A stretch of DNA of 64,000 nucleotides from an uncultured Acidobacteriota bacterium (GTDB lineage: Bacteria > Acidobacteriota > Vicinamibacteria > Fen-336): assembly GCA_963720545.1 (NCBI GenBank), contig OY970399.1, forward strand, positions 3,648,001-3,712,000, read 5' to 3'. The notes below the pieces were generated by a model. That model was not told the origin of the DNA. It was given only the letters and a program-made list of their open reading frames with translations, and ran no database searches. This document shows positions 7,812 through 16,562 of the stretch, one piece after another. Within the stretch, counting starts at the first letter, position 1. Every line of letters starts with the position of its first letter. The translations under genes and the position numbers were made by a program.

Positions 7812-9278
7812 ATGAAAACTCGTTTCCGGCTCGGTCTGGCCGCGGCGGCGGTGATGCTGTCGGCCGCCTTCATCGGAATGAATGTGAAAACTCCAGCGGT
7901 GCGCGCCGAAGTGGCGACTGCTGCCGCGCCGGCCTCTTCGGTGGCCGGTGTGCCACGGGACACCGCCTCCTACGCCGACCTGGTGAGCCGTGTTTCGCCT
8001 TCGGTCGTCACTGTGCGCAGCCAGCGGATGGTGCGGGCTGCGAGCCAGCAGTTCGACATTCCAGAAGAGCTGCGGCCGTTCTTCGGCGACGGCCCGGGCT
8101 CGGGCCCATCCGCGCCGCGCCGGCAAGGGGCGCTCGGCTCCGGCGTCATCGTCTCGGCCGACGGCTACATCCTCACCAACCATCATGTGGTCGATGGCGC
8201 GCAGAAGATCAACGTCGATCTCTCCGACCATCGCACGCTCACCGCCCGGCTCGTCGGCTCCGATGCGCCCAGCGACCTCGCGGTCCTCAAGATTGACGCG
8301 AAGGACCTGCCGGCGCTGCCGATGGGCGACTCCGCGCACTCGCGGGTGGGCGACGTGGTGCTCGCGTTCGGCAACCCGCTCGGCATCGGTCAGACGGTGA
8401 CGATGGGCATCATCAGCGCCAAGGGTCGCGCCACCGGCGCGGGCGACGGCAGCTTCGAGGACTTCATCCAGACGGACGCGCCCATCAACCAGGGCAACTC
8501 GGGCGGCGCGCTCGTCAACCTGCGCGGCGAGCTGGTCGGCATCAACTCGCAGATCGTGTCGCCGTCGGGCGGCAACATCGGCATCGGCTTCGCCATCCCG
8601 TCGGCGATGGCAAGCAACGTGATGCAGCAGTTGCGCAACGGCGGGCGCGTGGCGCGCGGGCAGCTCGGAGTCACCGCGCAGACCATCACTTCCGACGTCG
8701 CGCAGAGCCTCGGCATGAGCGAAGTGCGCGGCGCACTCGTCGGCACGGTCACGGCCGGCAGTCCGGCGGCGAAGGCCGGCATCAAACAGGGCGACGTCAT
8801 CCTGAAGGTGGACGGCACGCCCATCGATGACAGCAACAGCCTTCGCAACCGCATTTCCGGCACGAAGCCGGGTTCGCACGTGGAGCTGAGCGTGCTGCGC
8901 GATGGCCGCGAGCAGACGATCGGCGTCAACCTCGGCCAGCTGCAGGCGCGCGCCGAGGATGCCGACGACGACACGGCCGGCGGCACCGCCAACGGCCCGC
9001 GGCTCGGCCTCACCGTCAGGCCGCTGTCTCCGGAGGCGGCGCGGCGGCTCGGGCTCGCGAAAGACCAGGGGCTCGAGATCGCGGGCGTCGATCCCGAGGG
9101 GCCGGCGGCGCAGAGCGGCTTCCAGCCGGGCGACATCATCCGCACGGTGGACGGCAAGCCGGTGGCCGACGCGGCGTCGCTGCGCGCGGCGGTGGGGGCA
9201 GCGAAGACGCGGCCCGCGCTGGTGCTCGTGGCGCGCGACGGCGGCAACTTGTTCCTCACGCTCGACCCGCGCGGCTGA
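7812..9278 (+). CDS. degP: DegP/HtrA (Do family) serine protease with two PDZ domains
   Basis: Signal peptide; GSGVI, TNHHV, SDLAV and IQTDAPINQGNSGG motifs; two PDZ domains. Confidence 0.95.
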   Translation: MKTRFRLGLAAAAVMLSAAFIGMNVKTPAVRAEVATAAAPASSVAGVPRDTASYADLVSRVSPSVVTVRSQRMVRAASQQFDIPEELRPFFGDGPGSGPSAPRRQGALGSGVIVSADGYILTNHHVVDGAQKINVDLSDHRTLTARLVGSDAPSDLAVLKIDAKDLPALPMGDSAHSRVGDVVLAFGNPLGIGQTVTMGIISAKGRATGAGDGSFEDFIQTDAPINQGNSGGALVNLRGELVGINSQIVSPSGGNIGIGFAIPSAMASNVMQQLRNGGRVARGQLGVTAQTITSDVAQSLGMSEVRGALVGTVTAGSPAAKAGIKQGDVILKVDGTPIDDSNSLRNRISGTKPGSHVELSVLRDGREQTIGVNLGQLQARAEDADDDTAGGTANGPRLGLTVRPLSPEAARRLGLAKDQGLEIAGVDPEGPAAQSGFQPGDIIRTVDGKPVADAASLRAAVGAAKTRPALVLVARDGGNLFLTLDPRG

Positions 9279-9351
9279 GCGCCGTCCGGTTGCGGGACCG
9301 GGTGAGATAATGACCCTCGTTGCGAACGATGATCGCTGTGCGCTGCTCGCG

Positions 9352-10026
9352 ATGAGGGTACTGGTGGTGGAAGACGACACCACGATCGCGGAGTTCGTGG
9401 CGCGCGGCCTGCGCGAAGCGGGTTTCGTCGTGGACTCCGCGCATGACGGTGACGACGGCTTGCGGCTGGCGCTCGACCACGACTACGACGCCGCGGTCGT
9501 CGACGTCATGCTGCCGTCGCGCGACGGGCTGGGGCTCATCGGCGAGCTGCGGCGCCGTCGGCGGGCGACGCCGGTGCTCATCCTGAGCGCCCGCCGCGAG
9601 GTGCAGGACCGCGTCAAGGGGCTCGAGTCGGGCGGCGACGACTATCTCACCAAGCCGTTCGCATTCCCGGAACTCCTCGCGCGGGTGCAGGCGCTCATCC
9701 GCCGCGCCACCGGCGCCTCGGAGCCCACGAGCCTCGAGTTCGCCGACGTGCGGCTCGACCTCCTCACCCGCGAGGTGCGCCGCGCCGGCCGCAAGCTCGA
9801 CCTGCGGCCGCGGGAGTTCGCGCTCCTCGAGTACCTGCTGCGCAACCCCGGCCGCGTCGTCTCGAAGACGGCGATCCTCTCGCACGTCTTCGACTACGGC
9901 TTCGACCCGCGCACCAACGTCGTGGACGTGCTGGTCCACCGGCTGCGCGACAAGCTCGACCGCGACTTCGACGTGAAGCTGATCCAGACGGTGCGCGGCG
10001 CCGGGTATGCCCTCCGGCTGGCTTGA
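9352..10026 (+). CDS. OmpR-family response regulator
   Basis: MRVLVVEDD, DVMLP, GDDYLTKPF and TVRGAGY motifs. Confidence 0.96.
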   Translation: MRVLVVEDDTTIAEFVARGLREAGFVVDSAHDGDDGLRLALDHDYDAAVVDVMLPSRDGLGLIGELRRRRRATPVLILSARREVQDRVKGLESGGDDYLTKPFAFPELLARVQALIRRATGASEPTSLEFADVRLDLLTREVRRAGRKLDLRPREFALLEYLLRNPGRVVSKTAILSHVFDYGFDPRTNVVDVLVHRLRDKLDRDFDVKLIQTVRGAGYALRLA

Positions 10027-11410
10027 GCGGCTGCGGCCGGCGCTGACCTTCCGCATCGCGCTCTGGTACGCCGCCGTCTTCATCGTCAGCGCGCTGGCGC
10101 TGTTCGCCCTGAGCTACCACCTGCTACGGCGCTCGCTCGAAGCGGGCGATCACGACCTCATCCGCGCCACGCTTGCCGAGTACTCGTCGCAATACGAGGC
10201 TGGCGGCCTCGAGTCGCTGCGCCTGGTTCTCGATGCACGCCAGGGCGCCGGCGGTTCGTCCGACCTCTACGTGCGCATCGTCGGTCCGGCCCAGGAAACC
10301 GTGTTCCTCAGCCTGCCGCGCGGCTGGGCGGAGCTGCGTGCCGATGCGTTCTCTGGCGGCCGCGGCGCCGGCATCCTCGAATGGTCCGCGGTTCCCGGCC
10401 GCTCGCCTGGCGACGCGCTCGAGATCGCGTCGCTGCGCCTCACCGACGGCACCTTGTTCCAGGTGGGCCGCGGCACGGAGCGCCGCACCGAGGTGCTGGC
10501 CCGCTTCCGCGGCGTACTCGCGTGGATGCTGGCGCTGGTGCTGGTCACCGGCCTCGCCGGCGGCACGCTCTTCACGCATTCGGCGCTGCGGCCGGTGCGC
10601 GAGCTGACCCGCGTGGTGAGCGGCATCGTGGCCACCGGCAGCCTCTCGCAGCGCGTGCGCGCGGGCGGCCGCAGCGACCCCATCGACACGCTCGCCGGCC
10701 ACGTCAACACCATGCTCTCGCGCATCGAACGCCTGGTCACCGGCATGCGCGAATCGCTCGACAACGTGGCTCACGACCTGCGCACGCCGCTGACGCGCCT
10801 GCAGGTGATCCTCGAGGACGCGCTGCAGAAGGCGGAGCCGGGCCGCTCGCGCGACTCGATCGCCGACGCGCTGGAGGAAACCGAGCGGGTGACCGGCACC
10901 CTCAACGCGTTGCTCGACTTGTCGGAGGCGGAGGCGGGCGCGATGCGGCTCGAGATACAGGATGATGCACCGGTCACCCTCGCCGCCGTCGTCGCCGATG
11001 CGGTCGAGCTCTACGCCGACCTCGCCGAGGAGAAAGGTGTCGCCATCGCCGTTTCGATTGCAGACGGGCTGGCGGTGCCGGGGGATCGTCGCCGGCTGCG
11101 GCAGGTGTTCGCGAACCTGGTGGACAACGCGGTGAAGTACACACCGCGGGGCGGGCGCATCACGATCGAAGGTCGCGCCGACGGTGACACGGCTATGGTC
11201 GAGGTGGCAGACACCGGGCCGGGAATCGCTGCCGCCGACCGCGAGCGGATCTGGGAGCGCCTCTATCGCGGCGATCGCAGCCGCTCGGAGCGCGGCCTCG
11301 GCATCGGCCTCAGCCTGGTGCGCGCCATCGTCGCCGCCCACGGCGGCACCGCCGACGTCGCGAGCGAAGCCCCTGAAGGCGCCCGCTTCCGCATCCGCCT
11401 GCCGCGCTAA
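10007..11410 (+). CDS. HAMP sensor histidine kinase
   Basis: Two TM segments, HAMP domain, H-box AHDLRTPL, N-box NLVDNAVKY, and G boxes. Confidence 0.96.
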   Translation: MPSGWLERLRPALTFRIALWYAAVFIVSALALFALSYHLLRRSLEAGDHDLIRATLAEYSSQYEAGGLESLRLVLDARQGAGGSSDLYVRIVGPAQETVFLSLPRGWAELRADAFSGGRGAGILEWSAVPGRSPGDALEIASLRLTDGTLFQVGRGTERRTEVLARFRGVLAWMLALVLVTGLAGGTLFTHSALRPVRELTRVVSGIVATGSLSQRVRAGGRSDPIDTLAGHVNTMLSRIERLVTGMRESLDNVAHDLRTPLTRLQVILEDALQKAEPGRSRDSIADALEETERVTGTLNALLDLSEAEAGAMRLEIQDDAPVTLAAVVADAVELYADLAEEKGVAIAVSIADGLAVPGDRRRLRQVFANLVDNAVKYTPRGGRITIEGRADGDTAMVEVADTGPGIAAADRERIWERLYRGDRSRSERGLGIGLSLVRAIVAAHGGTADVASEAPEGARFRIRLPR

Positions 11411-11413
11411 CTG

Positions 11414-11595
11414 CGTTTTCCCGAGGAGTGCAGCCCTTGCGCTGCGACCGAGGGATCTCCCGTGTGTGTTGGACGGCCCATTCGTTTTCCAGAGGAGCTC
11501 AACGCTTGCTGCGGGTCCTTCGAACCAGCGCAAGCGCAAGTAGCCCTCAGGACATGGCCAAAGGAACGGACGCGGACGCAAGCGCCTGGGGAACG
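11414..11595 (-). ncRNA. Candidate ~180-nt rod-like structured RNA (6S-like)
   Basis: Nested complementary segments with a central bubble. No credible protein in this interval. Strand inferred from a G-U pair. Confidence 0.45.
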
Positions 11596-11597
11596 AC

Positions 11598-11646
11598 AAG
11601 AAAGGAAATCGACGGATTGGACGGGGACGGGAGCCAATCCGTCGAT
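11598..11646 (-). terminator. Intrinsic terminator after the ferredoxin gene
   Basis: 13-bp perfect stem ATCGACGGATTGG/CCAATCCGTCGAT followed by TTCCTTTCTT on the minus strand. Confidence 0.75.
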
Positions 11647-11653
11647 GACTAGA

Positions 11654-11980
11654 CTACTCCCAAGGAATATCTGGCATGAGGAGGCGGGCTACCGGGATGC
11701 CCTGTTGCAGGTGGCTCGTGCAGATCTCGTCGAGGTCGGCGAGGGTGACGTGGGCGTACCAAACGTTGTCCGGTTGCACTGCGACTGTCACGCCCTGGCT
11801 GCAGTGCTTCAGGCAGCCGGTGCGGGTCACCATCACGGACTGGCGCAGGCCCAGGTCTCTCACGCGGTCCTTGAGCGAGTCGTAGACCGCCTCCGCGTCC
11901 TTCTCGAAGCAGCAACCCTTGCGGCTTCCGGGCGGACGTTCGTTGAGGCAGACGAGCACCTGTCGTACGGGTTTCGGCAT
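11654..11980 (-). CDS. Thioredoxin-like (2Fe-2S) ferredoxin
   Basis: VLVC.N.R....GCC, RTGCLKHCSQG and PDNVWY motifs. Confidence 0.92.
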   Translation of the reverse strand: MPKPVRQVLVCLNERPPGSRKGCCFEKDAEAVYDSLKDRVRDLGLRQSVMVTRTGCLKHCSQGVTVAVQPDNVWYAHVTLADLDEICTSHLQQGIPVARLLMPDIPWE

Positions 11981-12007
11981 GTCTTCCGATTGTAGGCGCG
12001 GCGCTCG

Positions 12008-13561
12008 CTACTTCGCGATTGCGGCGCGGCGCAGCACCCGGCCGGGCGTCTTGCCGGTGACCTTCGTGCCGTCGTAGACGAGCTCGCCGTTCACCCACAC
12101 GTTCTTGATGCCGGCCGAGGTGACCTGCGCGTCAGTTGTCGTCGCTCGGTCGGCAACCGTGTTCGGGTCGAAGATGACGAGGTCGGCGAAGGCGCCCTGC
12201 ACCACAGTGCCGCGGTCCTTGAAGCCCATGTGGGCAGCGCCCAGCGAGCTCATGCGCTCCACGGCCTGCTCGAGCGTCAGCACCTTGCGGTCGCGCACGT
12301 AGGTGCCGAGCACGCGCGGGAACGCGCCGAAGCCGCGCGGATGGCGGCCGCGCAGCTCGCCGTCGGTGCAGATGTTCGAATGTGGCCACTGCAGCAGCTT
12401 CTCGATGTCGCGTTCGTCCATGCTGGTGCCGATGACGCCTTCGGCGTCCTCGTTCGGATGTTGCTTTTCCCAGGCTGAAGACTCGGCGATCAGGTCCATC
12501 AGGGTCTGCGCGGCGTCCTTGTTGCGCAGTTTCGCGATCTCCGCGATCGTCTTGCCCGTGTAGCTCGGCTCGGGGCCGAACGCCGAAAGCAGCAGGCCCT
12601 CGGGAGTGGAAACCTCGCTCACCGCGTACTGCGCCGACTTCTTGTTGGTGAAGTCGCGCGCGGGGAACAGCACCTGCAGCGTCGACTGCCAGTAAGTGTA
12701 GGGATAGATGTCGGCCGTGATCTCGATGCCCTCGGCACGCGCCTTGTCGAGGATCGCGATGAGCTTGTCGGCCTGTCCCCAGAGGCTGTGCTGCGCCAGC
12801 TTCACGTGCGACACCTGCACCGGCAGCTTCGCCTCGCGGCCGATGTTGACGATCTCGTCCACCGCCTTCCAGAAGTAGCGGTCCTCGCTGCGGATGTGGC
12901 TGATATAACGGCCGCCGTAGGATGCCGCCACCTTCGCGAGATCGATCACCTCCGAAGGCGCCGAGAAGATGCCGGGGTCGTACTCGAGGCCGCTCGAGAG
13001 GCCGATGGCGCCGGCATTCATGCCTTCGTCCACCAGCGCCTTCATCTTGTCCACTTCGGCCGGGGTCGCCTTGCGCTTGAAGTCCTCGCCCATCACCTTG
13101 TCGCGCACCGATCCGTGGCCGACATAGCTCGCCAGATTGATGGCCGGCGGATTCTTGGCGAAGCCGTCGAGATAAGGGGCAAGCGGAATCTCCGAGCCGC
13201 CGTCCTGGCCGACGACGATGGTGGTGATTCCCTGGCTGACGACCGCGAGCGCGCCGCGTTCCTTGTCGAGCCCGCGGCTGTGATGGCTGTGAGTGTCGAT
13301 GAAACCGGGGGCGAGCACCATGCCGGTGGCGTCTACGATGTTGTCGTCATCGGTCGGCTTCAGGTCGCCGACCTCGGCGATGCGGTCGGCCTTGATGCGC
13401 ACGTTCGCAGCGCGGCCCGGCTGGCCGGTGCCGTCGATGAGCGTGGCACCGGTGATGAGGGTGCTCGTCTTCTCCCGGGGCGCCTCTTGTTTTGGCGCGC
13501 ATGCCGCGAGAAGGGCGGCGGGGACGAGGCTCGCGGCGAGGACCATGCGGCGCAGGTTCAT
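12008..13561 (-). CDS. N-acyl-D-amino-acid deacylase (D-aminoacylase) family lipoprotein
   Basis: Lipobox LAAC; APGFIDTHSH, SHIRSE, HPRGFGAFPRVLG and ADLVIFDP motifs. Confidence 0.92.
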   Translation of the reverse strand: MNLRRMVLAASLVPAALLAACAPKQEAPREKTSTLITGATLIDGTGQPGRAANVRIKADRIAEVGDLKPTDDDNIVDATGMVLAPGFIDTHSHHSRGLDKERGALAVVSQGITTIVVGQDGGSEIPLAPYLDGFAKNPPAINLASYVGHGSVRDKVMGEDFKRKATPAEVDKMKALVDEGMNAGAIGLSSGLEYDPGIFSAPSEVIDLAKVAASYGGRYISHIRSEDRYFWKAVDEIVNIGREAKLPVQVSHVKLAQHSLWGQADKLIAILDKARAEGIEITADIYPYTYWQSTLQVLFPARDFTNKKSAQYAVSEVSTPEGLLLSAFGPEPSYTGKTIAEIAKLRNKDAAQTLMDLIAESSAWEKQHPNEDAEGVIGTSMDERDIEKLLQWPHSNICTDGELRGRHPRGFGAFPRVLGTYVRDRKVLTLEQAVERMSSLGAAHMGFKDRGTVVQGAFADLVIFDPNTVADRATTTDAQVTSAGIKNVWVNGELVYDGTKVTGKTPGRVLRRAAIAK

Positions 13562-13569
13562 GATGGCTC

Positions 13570-14763
13570 CTATCTGATGGACTGGAGGCGCTTGGCCTCG
13601 GCTTCGACGGCTTCCATGACGCGCAGGGTGTTGCCGCCGAGGATCTTGACGATGTCCGCTTCCGAATGGCCGCGCTTCAGCAGTTCGTAGGTGATCATGG
13701 GCAGCTTGGTGACGTTCTCCATGCCCACGGGCAGCGAGTCGACGCCGTCGAAGTCGGAGCCGAGGCCCACCGCATCGACGCCGCCCACCTTGATCGCGTG
13801 CTCGAAGTGCTCCATCAGCTTCGCGAGGCCCGGCGGCGGGATTGGCGGCAGCGCCTTGGCGGCCTTCATACCCTCGTCCGCCTGCTTCGCCTCGTCACCG
13901 GGATACTTCGCCTCCATCTCCGCCTTGATCTGGTCGGCGCGCGCCTGGCGCTTGAGGCGGAAGTCCTCGTCGAGGAACCCCGAGGCGAAGTTGATCTGGA
14001 TGACGCCGCCCTTCTTCGCCAGAGCGCGGATCATGTCGTCCGTCATGTTGCGCGGCGCGTTGCAGATGGCGCGGCACGAGGAATGCGAGGCGAACGGCGG
14101 TGCCGTCGCCACCTCGATGACGTTCTGGAAGGTGTCGTCGGAGACGTGCGAGATGTCGACGATCATGCCGATGCGGTTCATCTCGGCCACTACCCTGCGG
14201 CCGAGGACGTTGAGGCCGCTCCAGCGCGGCTTGTCGCCCGAGGAGTCGGCCCAGTCGTTGGTGTTCGAGTGGGTGAGGGTCATGTAGCGCACGCCCAGGT
14301 CGAAGAAGGAGCGCAGCGCGGGAATGCTGTTCTCGATGGCGTGCCCGCCCTCGATGCCCATGAGCGCCGCCACCTTGCCCTCGGCCTTCAGGCGGCGCAC
14401 GTCCGCCGCGGTGGTCGCGAGGCCCATCTTCTCGGGATAGCGCTCCACAGCGCGCCGCACCGAGTCGATCATGTCGAGCGCGCGCCGTGCCGAGCCGCCT
14501 TCCTTCGCGTACTTGCCCGCGACGTAGATCGCGAAGAACTCCGCGTCGAGGCCGCCTTCGCGCATCCTCGGCAGGTCCATGTGGGTTTTTTCGGAGCGGC
14601 TGCCGAAGTCGAGGCCCTCGTCGGTCATCGGCGAGGTGGTGTCGGAGTGCGTGTCCACCACGATCGCCTGCTTGTGGATCGCGAGCGCCTTCGCCCACAG
14701 GGGATCTTTCGCGACCGCGGGGTCGATCTGGGTCGCGAGCAGTGCGGCCATCAGCAGTGACAT
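13570..14763 (-). CDS. Membrane dipeptidase (peptidase M19)
   Basis: DTHSD, GIEGGH, MTLTH, DISHVS, ASHSS and GLGSDFDG motifs. Confidence 0.94.
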   Translation of the reverse strand: MSLLMAALLATQIDPAVAKDPLWAKALAIHKQAIVVDTHSDTTSPMTDEGLDFGSRSEKTHMDLPRMREGGLDAEFFAIYVAGKYAKEGGSARRALDMIDSVRRAVERYPEKMGLATTAADVRRLKAEGKVAALMGIEGGHAIENSIPALRSFFDLGVRYMTLTHSNTNDWADSSGDKPRWSGLNVLGRRVVAEMNRIGMIVDISHVSDDTFQNVIEVATAPPFASHSSCRAICNAPRNMTDDMIRALAKKGGVIQINFASGFLDEDFRLKRQARADQIKAEMEAKYPGDEAKQADEGMKAAKALPPIPPPGLAKLMEHFEHAIKVGGVDAVGLGSDFDGVDSLPVGMENVTKLPMITYELLKRGHSEADIVKILGGNTLRVMEAVEAEAKRLQSIR

Positions 14764-14820
14764 CTTTTTTTGGCCCTTCCCCCTTGTGCCGCAACAAATG
14801 ATGCCCGAGTATAACCAACC

Positions 14821-15672
14821 GTGGCCGCCGCACCGCTCGTCTCGACCGATTGGCTCGCCGCGCACGCGCGCGACCGCGGCGTCGTCATCGTCGATTCGCG
14901 CTGGTATCTCGACCCCGACAGGCGCGGCCAGGACGCGTACGACGCGGGCCACATCCCCGGCGCCATCTTCATGGACCTCGACAGCGAGCTGGCGGCGCCG
15001 GGAGGGAAGCGCGGCGGCCTGCTGGGCCGCCATCCCTGGCCGCCGCCCGAACAGGTGGAGGCGGTTATGGGCCGCCACGGCATCGACGAAACGAGCCTGG
15101 TCGTCGCCTACGACGACCAGGCGGGCGCCATCGCGGCGCGCCTCTGGTACGTGCTGCGCGCGTACGGCCACCAGAACGTTGCGGTGCTCGACGGCGGCAT
15201 CGCCAAGTGGATTGCCGAACGACGGCCGCTCGCAACCGACCTGCCGGCGGTCGAACCAAAGCGCTTCATCGCGCGTCCGGTGCCGCAGCGGATCGTGACG
15301 AAGGAAGAAGTCGCGGCGCTCGAGCGGTCCGCGCTCGTCATCGACGTGCGCGCGGGGGAGCGCTACCGCGGCGAACAGGAGCCGATCGACACCCGCGCCG
15401 GCCACATTCCGGGCGCCGTCAACATTCCTTACGCGAGCAACCTGACCGGTGGAGCGGTGCCGGTGATGCGCAGCCCCGAGGAGCTGCGCGAGCTCTATCG
15501 GTCGCAAGGCGCCGCGGACCGCGAGGCCGTCGTCTATTGCGGCTCGGGCGTCACTTCATGCCATACGATGCTGGCGCTCGAACTCGCCGGACTGCCCGGC
15601 ATTCTCTACCCGGGTTCGTGGAGCGAATGGAGTTCCGATCCGCGGATGCCGGTGGCGAGCGGCGGCGAGTGA
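14821..15672 (+). CDS. sseA: Two-domain rhodanese sulfurtransferase (SseA-like)
   Basis: GHIPGA twice, YCGSGVTS and YPGSWSEW motifs. Confidence 0.93.
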   Translation: MAAAPLVSTDWLAAHARDRGVVIVDSRWYLDPDRRGQDAYDAGHIPGAIFMDLDSELAAPGGKRGGLLGRHPWPPPEQVEAVMGRHGIDETSLVVAYDDQAGAIAARLWYVLRAYGHQNVAVLDGGIAKWIAERRPLATDLPAVEPKRFIARPVPQRIVTKEEVAALERSALVIDVRAGERYRGEQEPIDTRAGHIPGAVNIPYASNLTGGAVPVMRSPEELRELYRSQGAADREAVVYCGSGVTSCHTMLALELAGLPGILYPGSWSEWSSDPRMPVASGGE

Positions 15673-15675
15673 GCC

Positions 15676-16509
15676 CTACTTGCTGAGGACGTAGAACGGG
15701 CGGCGGCGCCCGAGTTCCTCGACCGGGATGAAGTTGGAGGCGACGTAGCCGCGTCCGAGATAGGTCTTGAGCCCGGCTGCGATCCGCGCCTGCCAGCTCT
15801 CCGCCACCTTGGGAGCGGCGCGGCTCAGCACGTCCCATTCGGGCGGGATCTCGAGCAACACCTGCGGATCGTTCAGGTCGAGCACTGGCTCGGATGAAAC
15901 CGGCCAGCCGCCTTGCCATTTCACTTCGTTGATGCGCGGCAGGTCGGGGGCCACGGTTTGCGGCGGCAGTGGCGTGTTGGCGGCGCGTTCCTGCACGCGC
16001 TGGCTGTTGAGCTCCCAGCGCACCAGCAGGCGGTGGGTCGGCATGCCGTGATGCAGCACCGACGACGTGACGCCGTAGAAGTTCTCGAGGAACTCGCGCG
16101 AGATGGCGCCGAGGCGCCGCAGGTTGAGGTGCGCGTTGCGCGACTGCATCGGGTCGAACGTCCAGGTGATCAGGTCGATGCCGCGCCCCAGCGCCGCCTC
16201 GCGCTGCGCCCACTTGATGCGGATGCCGACGCCGCGCTTCTGGTATTCGGGCACCACGGCAACCATGTCGGAGTGCATGAAGCCGTGGCCCGAGTGCAGG
16301 GCGGGGAAGGCGTAGCCGAAGCCGATGATGCGGCCGCCGGGCACCGTCTCGGCGAGGTGCACCATGCCGCCCGCGTGCTGGGCCGCGATGAACTGCAGCG
16401 CGGGGATGATCTCGAGGTCGGGCAGTCCCCAGACGATGCGCTGCAGCTCCACGCAGGCATCGAAGTCGGCGCGGCCTTCGGCCATACGAATTCGTACGTC
16501 TTCTTGCAT
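15676..16509 (-). CDS. GNAT-family acyltransferase
   Basis: HSDMVAV.PEYQ.RGVG..IKWAQR and WTFDP.Q.RNA.LN..LGA motifs. Confidence 0.88.
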   Translation of the reverse strand: MQEDVRIRMAEGRADFDACVELQRIVWGLPDLEIIPALQFIAAQHAGGMVHLAETVPGGRIIGFGYAFPALHSGHGFMHSDMVAVVPEYQKRGVGIRIKWAQREAALGRGIDLITWTFDPMQSRNAHLNLRRLGAISREFLENFYGVTSSVLHHGMPTHRLLVRWELNSQRVQERAANTPLPPQTVAPDLPRINEVKWQGGWPVSSEPVLDLNDPQVLLEIPPEWDVLSRAAPKVAESWQARIAAGLKTYLGRGYVASNFIPVEELGRRRPFYVLSK

Positions 16510-16562
16510 GGGCCGCGAGTGTAACACGCAGGTTTGCGCCGCCGGGGCTAGACTGCGGCGCC

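Noticed and set aside
11414..11595. SRP RNA, tmRNA or RNase P RNA
   Set aside because: Lacks the SRP GGAA-loop/GCAGC helix, tRNA-like ends and RNase P consensus motifs.
11407..11652. Short ORFs in the kinase-ferredoxin gap
   Set aside because: No RBS or protein-like features; RNA structure and a terminator explain the region better.
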